This document shows, one piece after another, positions 46,473-56,186 of a DNA stretch of 64,000 nt. The notes beneath the pieces are model-generated. The model was not told the origin of the DNA and did no database searches. It was given only the letters and a program-made list of their open reading frames with translations. This stretch comes from an uncultured virus (IMG/VR IMGVR_UViG_3300006131_000009) (taxonomy: Duplodnaviria > Heunggongvirae > Uroviricota > Caudoviricetes): IMG/VR virus record IMGVR_UViG_3300006131_000009. One strand, given 5' to 3'. The translations under genes were made by a program, and so were the position numbers. The first letter of the stretch is position 1. Each line of letters opens with the position of its first letter.

Positions 46473-46697
46473 CTACTGCTCCGGGTCCGGCCCGTTTTTC
46501 ATCCGAATCTCCGCTGCCTTCTCGAAGCACTCCTGCGCCGTCGGCTCCTTCTCCAGACTCCTGCACCATTGGAAAAACTCCTGTACGTTCTCCTCTGTCT
46601 CCAATGTGAGGCCCACGGCTATCACGTCCTCATCTTTTGCTTTGATACTCCCCATCAATCTCCCCAGAAAGTGAGCTGAATCGTTCGTCATTTCCAT
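46473..46697 (-). CDS. 74-aa helical protein overlapping the 3' end of the polyvalent gene
   Basis: AGAGGGG RBS; resembles nested ORF 46986-47237. Confidence 0.6.
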   Translation of the reverse strand: MEMTNDSAHFLGRLMGSIKAKDEDVIAVGLTLETEENVQEFFQWCRSLEKEPTAQECFEKAAEIRMKNGPDPEQ

Positions 46698-49600
46698 ACT
46701 GTGCCCCTCTTAAAATCTTATTGATGATATTCCGATTTGTCGCTGGATCAAGTCTTACCGTAACTTCAAATGCTCCCAGGTCATAGTTGCGAATTATGTA
46801 AAACTTATCATGCGCAAATACATAACCAGTCTCCGGAATGTTTTCTGCATCCATTCCGGCGTATTTTTGCATCTGTGCGTTCTGGACCTGTCGCCACTCC
46901 TGCTTTGACAGTTTAGGCCGTTTCAGCTCCCGGCTGTATTTGCTTCCCGCCATACCACCAGCATCCGCACCAGCTTCAGAGGTCTCTATTGCGTTTCCTC
47001 TTCCTCCATCATTTCGTCGTCCTCCGTTTTCTCTATTCTGGAAGATATTGCGGAGGACGCTTTCATAAGCTGCTCTTGGCTTGCGTCCGGATTTCTTTTG
47101 CAGAACTCCAGCATCTCCAGAACCGCTTCCTCGGACCATAGTTCCGTTACCATTATCAGTACCGCCAGCCTCTCGCACCCAACTGCTGCTAGATATCTGG
47201 TCAGCAATTTCTGATTTTCCGATAATATATTCCCCATAGTCCATTTCCTCCAATATATTTTTGAGATAGTCTCTCTCAAATTTAGCCTGCTCGCCCTTCA
47301 CCTCGTACAAAATGGTGGGATTGCTTTCGTTTTCTGTGCTGTAGATTGCAAATACAGGCACTCCATCAAAGGTGCGGAATGTCCAGTTTGCATTGTCGCA
47401 AATAGTATTTTTGCTGCTTTTTAGGTCATACTTCACCCACTGGACCAGCTTCTCCATTTGCGCTTTCGTCAGGTCAGAATGCCAGTATTCCCGGCTCATT
47501 TCGCCACTAGCGGCCAAAGGCGGTCCTCTGGTGCCGCCGCCCTTGCCTGCGGCATCTTGCGCCGCCACTTTCGCCTCTTTCAGCAGCTTCTGCGCCAATT
47601 CCTCGCTCACTGTCTCGGCAAATATATTCATGTCACCAAGGCTGTCGCAAATGATCTCCTCCCAGATTTCATCCGCCGTCATGCCTGTGCCGTCGTAGGC
47701 GTCCGTGTAGAGCTGCGCCGCCTCTTTCGGGTCATAGTGCTCGGCAATCCGTCCACGCACTGCGTCCAAATTCACCTGGCCCTTTGCGATCATGTCGTGG
47801 CCGGCCTCGTGGCGTATAATCTGGTCGGCCGTGTACTGGGGATGGTCCACCCGCACAAAAACACGGTCCCCGGAGATATAGCCCCGCGCACTGGCCCAGC
47901 TTCCGTCCTTTTGCCGTATCTGCAGGTTGTCTCCAGCAAAAAGTGTCAGCCGTAAGCCCCGCTTTTTTGCCAGTTTCTTTGCCGCCTTGGTGGCCTTTGT
48001 CTCGCCGCCTGTCACCAGGCGGATGCTGGCCTTTGTAGAGCCGCCTCCAATGCCCAGGCTGGAGGCGCTTACCTTCTCTCCATAAGTGAGGAAAGCTGCT
48101 CTAGCATCTGCTGGTCTTTCTTGGACTGCCCGGCCCGGATTTTCTCCTGCTCCTTTTTCCACTGGAGATACTTGCTTGCCGGAATCCGTACTTCCAGCCC
48201 GTTGGCTGCCGTCGCGTAAATGAACTTTTTCACTGCCATATTTATCTGTCCCCTCCTGATTCTTGGTTGTAGTATAGTTGTTTTTTCCCGCTTTTGCAAT
48301 GGCCGCGTCCTGCTGGCCGGCCGCATAAGCCGACAGGCGTAGGCCCTCTGTCAGCTTGGCTGCATACTCGCCTTTCACGTCTGAAAAGTTCTTTCCCGTC
48401 AGCCCCGCCTGGTATGCCTGTACAAAGCCGCCGAAAAACGTCGCGTCGTCATACTGCCGCCCGAACTCTGTGTCCCGGACAGCCTGGTACGTTTCCTGGC
48501 CGTTTTCTCCCAATGTTCTTATGGCGTCGCTGATGGAGTTTTGCGGCCCGTTTTGATTTTGCCGTATGTCTTCCTGCCCAGATGTGTAAACGTCCGTCTG
48601 CAGGCCTTCTAGGCCCCTCTGGGGGCTTTGTACATTTTGGTCCGCCTGCTGCATGGCAGTTTGACCTGCTGTTGGCGCCAAACTGGCCTCTGTGTTGACA
48701 CCGGTCTGCCCCTGTGGTATGCTGGATTCAGCAGGAGTTACGGCATTTGCGTTTTCGGACGTGTGCATCGAGGCGGTTTCCGCACCGGTGGGATGCTGGA
48801 CTCCTGTTTCTTTTGCCATATAAGCTGATACAATGTAGGCCGTTTTGGCTTTCGTATCCGGAACTGCCTCGACCACATAATACGTCCCGTTTACTTTTTT
48901 TTCATAGACAATTGATTTTGCAAGTCCAGGTTTTCCATTGCTCTTTACAGTCGTATAGGACTGAACTGTACCTCCTTCCCGAAGCGTGTCGTAATTGTCC
49001 AAAACATACTGGATGCGTCCAACATCATTTAGGTCTGCCATGGAATGGTCTGTCATACCATTCGGCCCGTGATCTTTGTAGATATGCTCGGCCATTCTCT
49101 GTTCCATGATGACCTTAAAACCAGATGTGTCGACTCCCGTTTTTTGCTTTATATCTGCTGCCGCTCGGTCAGACATGGTTTTGAAAAAGAATTTCCCACT
49201 GTTAGCCCCTTTATTGGAAATGGAGTCTTCCACAAACCTTACCAATTCAGGGTCCACCGCGGCCTGATATGCATCAACGACCGCTTGCTCTTTTGCCGTG
49301 TGCTCTGCCGGGTCCGTGTTAATAGCTGTACTATCCGCCGTCTCTGCCCTAGAGGCGGCGTTTTGCGGCCCGTTTTGATTTTGCCGTATGTTTTCTTGTC
49401 CAGGGGCATAAAATGGCGTCTGCGGGCCTTCTAGGCCTCTCTGGGGACTTTGTATGTTTTGGTCCGCCTGCTGCATGGCAGTTTGGCCCACTACTGGTAT
49501 TGGACCAGCTTTCTGGTTGACACCATCGTGTTCTCGTGTTACATTGATTTCAGAAGAATCTTGCGTCGGTGCGTCTTGGGCGTAAAGTGTAGGGCCGGAG

Positions 49601-52461
49601 TTTACTCCGGTATTATGCTCCGATTGCGGATTCTTCTGTTTTTGCACATCCGCTGTTGATGCCATATTGGCCTCTGTGTTGACACCGGTCTGCCTCTGTG
49701 GTATGCTGGTATTGCCAAGGGCAGAGGTGGACAGCGGTATTGGAGCGGCTTCGGCCGTGCGCGATGCGTAGTAGGCGGCCTCTGCCCTTGGTTTGTAATT
49801 TTGCTCATACCACTGTGTGGAAACTTGATAAGCTGTAACCGGGTGTAGACTCTTACGGCCTTTGGAAACGGTCTCGATGATAATCGTGTGACCGTTTATT
49901 TTTTTGCCTAGCATTACCCGAACAGTACCATTTTTTCTCCTATTTACTTCAATTATGTCATCATAGTTCTGAATATACTCTGGCAGTGATAGCGCCTGCT
50001 CTTCTGTCAGGGGGATGTTGCGGCTGTCTACATCTTCTCCCACGTGCTTTGCAAGGTGTCCGATTTCATTGGCGCTCAATTCCATGTAATACCCAGAAAT
50101 GTCTATTTGGCCGTCCGTCGCCGCCAGCACATCGCTTGCCAGCCGTTCCGTCGCCCGGCCATACGCCTTGACTGTTTCGCGCACTTGGCCGTGCAGTGCC
50201 TTTTTGATAAAATCCTTCACCTGCTGAACAGTTGTCAAAATGGGGGACTGCCCCTGCTGGAGCTGTGCGCTCTTGGTGTCACGAACGTGCTTTCTCGTTC
50301 CGGCCGCCAGATAGTCGTCCAGGTCTGCTTCTGTCAGCATATTCTGAATGCCGCCCGCCGCCATCGTCCCAGAGGCGGCGTTTTTGTCTGCTCCAGCTCC
50401 CAGCCTACCGGCTTCAAAGACGTCCGATAGTTTGGCATTTTCCTGCATGATCTCCAGGCTGGTCTCCCGCGCAACGTGGCTACCGTCTAAAATGCCTGCG
50501 GTCAGTGCGCCGAGGAGAAAAGAATATGCTGCATCTTCGCTTACCAGTTTGATTTCATTGTCCTCGTCCAATAGCAAATTCCGAAAGGCCGGTTCCAAAA
50601 TTTCCTGGATGTATTCCTCGCTGCCCTCTCCGAACATACTCAATCCCACATTGGCAGCGATGCGCAGCATAGCATTGTCGATATTGCGGATAGAGGCTTT
50701 GGCCGCGGCGTTCAAGCCGTTTTTTCCCAAGGAGCTGATGCCGCCAAGAACATACTCTAGTCCCGCTTCCGAGGCGCCTATCAAAAGGGAGTAAGACTTA
50801 GCCTTGTCCGGCGCATATCCCTGTGCCAGCGCCTGCTGATAGGCGTTGCCGCTGGCCGACAAGCCTAGACTGATAGAGCCGATCGCCTTGGCTGCGGCAA
50901 GCGGCGCGCCAAATGCCGAAGCAACGGTAGACAGCAAAATAGACGGCGCCATATTTGCCGAAGTCGTCACTAGATCATATGCAACTTGTCCCAGACTGGA
51001 GCCTAGTATTTTAGGTCCCGTTTCTGCTAAATCATCCCGCACATACTGGGAGCCGTATTGGATCGCAGTCGTAGGTCGGTAACCATCGGAGAAAAAGGAC
51101 TTGACGCCGCTGGTAAATTGGTCCAATCCGCTGACAACGCCATACCCGGCTGTAGAAAGCGTGCGTAAAACATCGTTGTCAATATCTCGCGCTTGTTTGC
51201 CAAACTGAAGTCCTCTTCTGGCATTTAAGGTCTCTGCCAGGGCATCCAGGTATCCTTGCGCGTCGTCCTTTCCTTTTTTTGCAAGTATGTAGTTGTAAAG
51301 ATTCAGCTCCTCCTTGGTCATAAACTCGTATGCTTCTTCACCGCCAAATTTTACGTTCTCCAGATAGAACTTGACGGGATTTGCCGTTTCCTCGGCAAAA
51401 GGCTGCCATCCAAAAATAGACATGCCACCGCCGCCCTCGCCCTGGTACCAGCCGGGGTTTTCCAAATCCCAGCCCATCTTTGCATATTTCTGAAATTCCG
51501 GGTCTTGGCGGTAGACTTCATAGGCTCGTGCTCCTTGAACACGCTTGGCCTGCCGCAGCGTCTCTTCCTCCTCGTCGGCCCGTTTCTTTACCGCCTGATA
51601 CGCAATATACTTCTGCCGTTGCTGCTCCACATCGTCATATGGTTTCGATAGATTCTGCAGCATCTGTGTCTGCTGCAGCCGCAGCTCCTGTACCTTCTTT
51701 TCTTGGGAAAGAACGTCTACTTGGTCGTACCGGTAGTCGGTTTGAATCTGTTTAGCAGTTTTCAGCTTTTGGTCTAAATTTTCCACTTGTTGTTCAATTT
51801 TTTGAACCTTTTGCCAATCTTCTTCCCACTGTTCAGCTGTATCGTGGGGCAAATCGAGCTGCTGTTCCAGCTTATCCAGTTCCCGCTGTAAGCTGTCTCT
51901 TGCCCACTGTCCCATTTCCAGGTCCATGTCCAAAAGGTCCTGCCGCTGCTTCTGCTCTCTTCTGATCTTCTCATTGACAGTATTTTGAAAAATCTCATTC
52001 ATCTGCGGCGACATAGCCTTCTGCGTGATGTTTAGCACCGTTTCAGGTATGCTGCTGATTTCCCGCGCCATTTTGGCCCTTCTGGGGTCTTTGCCAGAGG
52101 CATAATCCTGCAATGGCTGTGTGGCCGCCTGCACGCCGGCAGCGCCAAGCTGCAGCGCATCGTAGGCGGAAACGCCCTTTGCCGCCTTGGCCCTGGCAAT
52201 GGAATCCTCTGGGGAAATGGTGGGGACTTCCCTGCGGTATAATTCCAGTGCCTGGCTCCGCTGACTTCGGTTGCGAGATAGCGACGGACCGAAGCCATTT
52301 TTCAAAAAGTGCTCTCTAGCCGACGTCAGGCTGTTAGCAGAGCGAGTAGAATGCAGACTGCCCTGTCTGTTTGTCTGCGCCGTTTGCGCCTGCCCTGTCT
52401 TTGCGCCGCCTTGCCCTTGCTGCAAAAACCTGTTGCGGGCCTTTTCCAAACCTGTATCCAT
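46630..52461 (-). CDS. large polyvalent (probably ejected internal virion) protein with two PBECR-like nuclease domains and a HExxH metallopeptidase-like domain
   Basis: 1943 aa; GEGSEEYIQE helical region; KKINGHTIIIETV/KKVNGTYYVVEAV domains; IRHEAGH..EEIICD. Confidence 0.85.
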   Translation of the reverse strand: MDTGLEKARNRFLQQGQGGAKTGQAQTAQTNRQGSLHSTRSANSLTSAREHFLKNGFGPSLSRNRSQRSQALELYRREVPTISPEDSIARAKAAKGVSAYDALQLGAAGVQAATQPLQDYASGKDPRRAKMAREISSIPETVLNITQKAMSPQMNEIFQNTVNEKIRREQKQRQDLLDMDLEMGQWARDSLQRELDKLEQQLDLPHDTAEQWEEDWQKVQKIEQQVENLDQKLKTAKQIQTDYRYDQVDVLSQEKKVQELRLQQTQMLQNLSKPYDDVEQQRQKYIAYQAVKKRADEEEETLRQAKRVQGARAYEVYRQDPEFQKYAKMGWDLENPGWYQGEGGGGMSIFGWQPFAEETANPVKFYLENVKFGGEEAYEFMTKEELNLYNYILAKKGKDDAQGYLDALAETLNARRGLQFGKQARDIDNDVLRTLSTAGYGVVSGLDQFTSGVKSFFSDGYRPTTAIQYGSQYVRDDLAETGPKILGSSLGQVAYDLVTTSANMAPSILLSTVASAFGAPLAAAKAIGSISLGLSASGNAYQQALAQGYAPDKAKSYSLLIGASEAGLEYVLGGISSLGKNGLNAAAKASIRNIDNAMLRIAANVGLSMFGEGSEEYIQEILEPAFRNLLLDEDNEIKLVSEDAAYSFLLGALTAGILDGSHVARETSLEIMQENAKLSDVFEAGRLGAGADKNAASGTMAAGGIQNMLTEADLDDYLAAGTRKHVRDTKSAQLQQGQSPILTTVQQVKDFIKKALHGQVRETVKAYGRATERLASDVLAATDGQIDISGYYMELSANEIGHLAKHVGEDVDSRNIPLTEEQALSLPEYIQNYDDIIEVNRRKNGTVRVMLGKKINGHTIIIETVSKGRKSLHPVTAYQVSTQWYEQNYKPRAEAAYYASRTAEAAPIPLSTSALGNTSIPQRQTGVNTEANMASTADVQKQKNPQSEHNTGVNSGPTLYAQDAPTQDSSEINVTREHDGVNQKAGPIPVVGQTAMQQADQNIQSPQRGLEGPQTPFYAPGQENIRQNQNGPQNAASRAETADSTAINTDPAEHTAKEQAVVDAYQAAVDPELVRFVEDSISNKGANSGKFFFKTMSDRAAADIKQKTGVDTSGFKVIMEQRMAEHIYKDHGPNGMTDHSMADLNDVGRIQYVLDNYDTLREGGTVQSYTTVKSNGKPGLAKSIVYEKKVNGTYYVVEAVPDTKAKTAYIVSAYMAKETGVQHPTGAETASMHTSENANAVTPAESSIPQGQTGVNTEASLAPTAGQTAMQQADQNVQSPQRGLEGLQTDVYTSGQEDIRQNQNGPQNSISDAIRTLGENGQETYQAVRDTEFGRQYDDATFFGGFVQAYQAGLTGKNFSDVKGEYAAKLTEGLRLSAYAAGQQDAAIAKAGKNNYTTTKNQEGTDKYGSEKVHLRDGSQRAGSTDSGKQVSPVEKGAGENPGRAVQERPADARAAFLTYGEKVSASSLGIGGGSTKASIRLVTGGETKATKAAKKLAKKRGLRLTLFAGDNLQIRQKDGSWASARGYISGDRVFVRVDHPQYTADQIIRHEAGHDMIAKGQVNLDAVRGRIAEHYDPKEAAQLYTDAYDGTGMTADEIWEEIICDSLGDMNIFAETVSEELAQKLLKEAKVAAQDAAGKGGGTRGPPLAASGEMSREYWHSDLTKAQMEKLVQWVKYDLKSSKNTICDNANWTFRTFDGVPVFAIYSTENESNPTILYEVKGEQAKFERDYLKNILEEMDYGEYIIGKSEIADQISSSSWVREAGGTDNGNGTMVRGSGSGDAGVLQKKSGRKPRAAYESVLRNIFQNRENGGRRNDGGRGNAIETSEAGADAGGMAGSKYSRELKRPKLSKQEWRQVQNAQMQKYAGMDAENIPETGYVFAHDKFYIIRNYDLGAFEVTVRLDPATNRNIINKILRGAQYGNDERFSSLSGEIDGEYQSKR
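46986..47237 (-). CDS. 83-aa ORF nested out of frame in the polyvalent gene
   Basis: GGAGG RBS + ATG; MGNILSENQKLLTRYLAAVG...; similar to 46473-46697. Confidence 0.55.
   Translation of the reverse strand: MGNILSENQKLLTRYLAAVGCERLAVLIMVTELWSEEAVLEMLEFCKRNPDASQEQLMKASSAISSRIEKTEDDEMMEEEETQ
48069..48239 (-). CDS. 56-aa ORF nested out of frame in the polyvalent gene
   Basis: Own promoter TTGCAA-17-TATACT (48271-48299) and AGGAGGGG RBS. Confidence 0.55.
   Translation of the reverse strand: MAVKKFIYATAANGLEVRIPASKYLQWKKEQEKIRAGQSKKDQQMLEQLSSLMERR
48695..48814 (+). ncRNA. antisense promoter plus closed-stem RNA unit C
   Basis: TTGACA-17-TATGCT; stem CAGGAGT(48732-38)/ACTCCTG(48800-06); T-rich tail. 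Confidence 0.55.
49517..49643 (+). ncRNA. antisense promoter plus closed-stem RNA unit B
   Basis: TTGACA-17-TACATT; stem CAGAAGAATC(49551-60)/GATTCTTCTG(49629-38); TTTTT. Confidence 0.55.
49679..49802 (+). ncRNA. antisense promoter plus closed-stem RNA unit A
   Basis: TTGACA-17-TATGCT; perfect 13-bp stem CCAAGGGCAGAGG(49715-27)/CCTCTGCCCTTGG(49779-91). Confidence 0.55.
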
Positions 52462-52472
52462 CTGATGCCCCT

Positions 52473-53729
52473 TTACATTGTCAGTGCGCGGTACAGCGCG
52501 TTTGCCTCTCTCTGGGTAATTTTCTTTTCCTTGAGCGCCGTCTGAATGGACTTGTCTATAACGTCAGTATTCAGGCCCCCTTGATGGGCGTGGAGCAGCA
52601 GCTCTCTGGAGTAATCGCTCCATGGAGGATCAAGCATAAACTGCTTAAAATTACCGTAGCTGTTCATAATGAACTCGAAATCGTCCCGGTCGAATCCAAA
52701 CTCCTTGTAGTGCTGGCGCATATATGCCTCTGGGTCGTCACTGTCGTACATACTGTTTAGAAGCTCTTCCATCTCGCCAGGGCCATCATCTGACCCAGCC
52801 GGTCCGCCGAGCGTGTACCCACTGCCACTGCTTGTCCCCTGCTGCATTCCATATGCCGTTTCATACTGGTCCAGCTCCGCTTGCGACAGGCCCGACTTCT
52901 CCACCAAATCCGGCGACAGCTCGGACGCCTTGCCGCCTGCCTGCAAAAAAGATAGGGCCCGGTCGCGAGCGTCAGCCTGCTGCTGGTCTTCTCTGTTCTG
53001 CTGGTCCTGCTCCTGGTTGTAGTCAAACTGTTTACCAGTCCAGTACTGGTTCGCATTGAAGGCTTTGTCTGTGTTGTATTGGGCAAGATCATCCTGGTAT
53101 ACGCCGTATTTGTCACTACGCAGGCCCCGCAGCAAGTCCACATTCTGGAGCATCTGGTTGCCCTCGTCCATGTACATCTGGTAGGCCAGCTGCTTTAGCT
53201 CCGGAATTTTGTCTGCCAAAGCCGCCATGTAGCCGTCGTATGTCTGTTGGCTGGCCGTACTGGCGTAGGAGCTGGCAAGCCCGCCTGTTCTGGCGCTGAC
53301 CTGGGCCAAGGTGTCCTCCATGGCCTGCTTTCCCTGGCGGGTGTAGCTGTCTTTGTACTGCTGGTAGGTCGGGTCCTGTTCCGGGTCATAGGAAAAAGCC
53401 TCCCGGTTTAGATACTTCTGGGTCCAGCTCTGGATGTCGTCGTCATATGTGTCTTCCCACTGGGGCGCCTTTTGGTACTGAAAGCCGCCGCCTTGTCCTG
53501 TAGCCAGATATTGGCTGCCGTCCTTGCCGCCGGTGTAGCCGTACTTTTCGCGCATTCCGTTCACATAGTTGTTGGCGCTGGCCCAGTCTGTTTCTCCCCT
53601 CTCGGCTGCAGTGCGAACCTCTGCCGCCTCCCGCAGCTCATCATCAGAAAAATACTTCTGGTCGTAGACGGAGCCGCCGTAGCTGGCCCGGTCTTTTTTT
53701 ACCTCGTCGTCATAGTTTTGTAATGCCAT
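52473..53729 (-). CDS. internal virion / ejection protein
   Basis: FSYDPEQDPTYQQYKDSY..GKQAMEDT..TGGLASSYA; start taken at MALQN. Confidence 0.75.
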   Translation of the reverse strand: MALQNYDDEVKKDRASYGGSVYDQKYFSDDELREAAEVRTAAERGETDWASANNYVNGMREKYGYTGGKDGSQYLATGQGGGFQYQKAPQWEDTYDDDIQSWTQKYLNREAFSYDPEQDPTYQQYKDSYTRQGKQAMEDTLAQVSARTGGLASSYASTASQQTYDGYMAALADKIPELKQLAYQMYMDEGNQMLQNVDLLRGLRSDKYGVYQDDLAQYNTDKAFNANQYWTGKQFDYNQEQDQQNREDQQQADARDRALSFLQAGGKASELSPDLVEKSGLSQAELDQYETAYGMQQGTSSGSGYTLGGPAGSDDGPGEMEELLNSMYDSDDPEAYMRQHYKEFGFDRDDFEFIMNSYGNFKQFMLDPPWSDYSRELLLHAHQGGLNTDVIDKSIQTALKEKKITQREANALYRALTM

Positions 53730-53895
53730 CGTCTTCTCTAGCGCTCCTTTCTTGTGCCAGCTGCCGCCTGTAGAGCTGCGACAGGATGAAATTTGTCTGC
53801 TCTTTGCAGTATGCCAAGTAGTTGAGAATACTCTGTATGTCCGCCTGCACATTCCCCGTGGCAGCCGGCGGTGCCTTTTCCAGATAGCTCGCCAT
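53710..53895 (-). CDS. small virion protein
   Basis: MASYLEKAPP...YLAYCKEQTNFIL; GAGG RBS. Confidence 0.6.
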   Translation of the reverse strand: MASYLEKAPPAATGNVQADIQSILNYLAYCKEQTNFILSQLYRRQLAQERSAREDDGITKL

Positions 53896-53897
53896 AT

Positions 53898-56186
53898 CTA
53901 TACCTCGCTTCCTGCCGAAAACTCCTGGGCCATTGTCCGAAGGGTCACTGGTCCAAAGCCGCTGATGCGCAGATAGAACCGGTCTGCTCTTCCCAGCCGC
54001 AGGGGAATGGTCAAGGTCTTTTTCTGGGTTGCGCGCTGGGTCCAAACCTGCCTCCAAAGCCCGCCGTCCTGTTTCACTTCAATTTGGAAGTGACTTCCCG
54101 CTTCCATATCCAGCCGCAGAAGCAGCTTTGTGTAGCCCTGCTTTACAAAATCTGTCTGCACGAAGGGCACAAACTCGGCCATCCAGCCAATGTGCTCTTG
54201 GGAATCCTCTCCCAGCTTGTAAATGGTGGGGCTGCTGAGCATATAAAGGCTTCCATCGCTACTTGCAAAGGCCTGTACCGGGATTTCATCCTCTTTCATC
54301 CACAGACCCGTCTGTAGATCGTAGACCAAAAGCAGATGCTTTCCCCTTTCGTCTTCCGCCGCCAAGTAGTACTGCCTGCCGTCACTGCCGCCGACGGCCC
54401 GGTATAGTTGCCTCGTCCCAAGGTTCTGGGAAATGTATGTCGGCGTGTTGCCGCTATAGGCGTAAACCCCCGTCACGCCCTTGTAGTACAGGGTGTCGTG
54501 AATATTGACGAGGCTTCTGCTGCTTGCTTTTTGCACCCCCGGCACTTGTTGGGAGACCATGTAGTATTCGCTGGGATAGCTGCCCATGATTTTGTGCAGG
54601 CTGTTTTCCTTCCAGCAGATGACGCCGCCGTAGCTGCAAATGCCGGTAAAATCGCCCTCGCTTGCCACAGCGACCTGGTAGCTGTCCGTGTCGCGGCCGG
54701 AAAAATTGTAAAAGTTGGTAGGGTCCCCCAGGCTGCTTGCGTAGATGCACCGAGAGGTGTAGGTCTTGTACTGCCCCGCCTGCGGGTCATATATCTCATT
54801 GTTCTGGCGGTTGCTCACGCCCCACAGCCGGTTATTGCTTTCACACACATAGTCTAGGTCCGGAAAATCCCTAGAAATGGTAACGGTCTGCTCCATCTGG
54901 GCATAGCTCTTTAGATGCAGCTTCCGAAAAGACGGCTGATACGTTTCCGTTTTGGAAATCTTGTGGCTGGCCACCGTCTTTTTTGTCTCCGGGTCCCAGA
55001 CGTAAACCTGGTCCCTTGGCCCAGGGTTCAGGTAGACCACCTGCCCTTTTTGCAGTGGCTGTTTCAGTGTGAAAAGGTAATAGGTGTCGTATCCTGAAAT
55101 GTCCATCTGATAAGGATATTCACTTGCCGCCGGCACCGTATAGTCTACCAGGCAGACATACTCCGGCGCCAAAAAGGTCCCTTCTACAAAAGACAAGGTG
55201 TTTGTTTCGTCGTCAAGAGCCGTCACGATCCGGCGCTCCACATCGCAAAAGCCGTAGGCACTGCCGGAAATACTCAAGGCATCCCCCGCTTTGAACGCTT
55301 CTGACAGGGCCGGCCCCTCTGTGCCAGCCTTGTAGACGTCCAGGTAAAAATGCACATGGTATCTGTTGTTGTCATCAATATTGTTGAAAATGCTCGATAG
55401 CACACAGTAATACCCCTGCTGGTTGTATTTACTTTTATCGGGTAGCCCCCTATCCGTAAAGTTAGCCACAACACCAAAGCTGTTGCCGCTGACCTCTGGG
55501 ATAATGATGTAATCTTGATACTTTGTAAGTAAATTCACCTCTCCGACTGTTCCAAACACACCGCCGATGCTCTCCAACTTTTCCAGAGCCGCCATATCCC
55601 AGGCTCCATTTTTGTAGCAAGCACTGACCGCGTCCTTTTCTTTGCCGTAGACGTAGACGTAGAAATCGTAATCTACACCATCTCCAGCCCAGCCGCCTGA
55701 TTGACGTGTATTCTCCATGAGCTTGGGATTTAAGGCTACCGTCATAGAGCTGTCTGTAAAAACAGCGCTTCCCGCCACATTCTGGGTCGTCATCTTGGCG
55801 TCCAGGGCGCCAAAGTGGCCGTTGGTCAAGTCTAAATACCGCTTGTCAGGAAAGACGCACAGCTTGGAGCCTACCACGCAAAACTGCTTTTCCCCCGATG
55901 ATACGTTGTCCACCGGCTGGCCGTCGTAGTATAAAATGCCGTCGTCCACCACCACCAGTTTTCCATCCCAGCTGAATAGGTCCTCCGGCTGCGAGTAGCC
56001 CGTAATCGGTTGCCGCCCCTGCCGCTGGATCAGATTGGGATACTGTCGGGAAGATAATCCCAAGCTGTCGCGCAGCTCTCCCGGCCTGGTATTTTCGCCC
56101 ATGTTCAGCCCCAGAAACGGGGAATTTTGCTGTCGCACCTTTTTTCTTGTATAGGGAAGTTTCGGTAGCATCAAGGAAGCCTCCAA
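53898..56186 (-). CDS. tail tubular/nozzle-like protein
   Basis: FLGLN N-terminus; NNRLWG, IYASSLGDPTNF, GDFTG, LYYKG..GVYAYSG. Confidence 0.8.
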   Translation of the reverse strand: MEASLMLPKLPYTRKKVRQQNSPFLGLNMGENTRPGELRDSLGLSSRQYPNLIQRQGRQPITGYSQPEDLFSWDGKLVVVDDGILYYDGQPVDNVSSGEKQFCVVGSKLCVFPDKRYLDLTNGHFGALDAKMTTQNVAGSAVFTDSSMTVALNPKLMENTRQSGGWAGDGVDYDFYVYVYGKEKDAVSACYKNGAWDMAALEKLESIGGVFGTVGEVNLLTKYQDYIIIPEVSGNSFGVVANFTDRGLPDKSKYNQQGYYCVLSSIFNNIDDNNRYHVHFYLDVYKAGTEGPALSEAFKAGDALSISGSAYGFCDVERRIVTALDDETNTLSFVEGTFLAPEYVCLVDYTVPAASEYPYQMDISGYDTYYLFTLKQPLQKGQVVYLNPGPRDQVYVWDPETKKTVASHKISKTETYQPSFRKLHLKSYAQMEQTVTISRDFPDLDYVCESNNRLWGVSNRQNNEIYDPQAGQYKTYTSRCIYASSLGDPTNFYNFSGRDTDSYQVAVASEGDFTGICSYGGVICWKENSLHKIMGSYPSEYYMVSQQVPGVQKASSRSLVNIHDTLYYKGVTGVYAYSGNTPTYISQNLGTRQLYRAVGGSDGRQYYLAAEDERGKHLLLVYDLQTGLWMKEDEIPVQAFASSDGSLYMLSSPTIYKLGEDSQEHIGWMAEFVPFVQTDFVKQGYTKLLLRLDMEAGSHFQIEVKQDGGLWRQVWTQRATQKKTLTIPLRLGRADRFYLRISGFGPVTLRTMAQEFSAGSEV

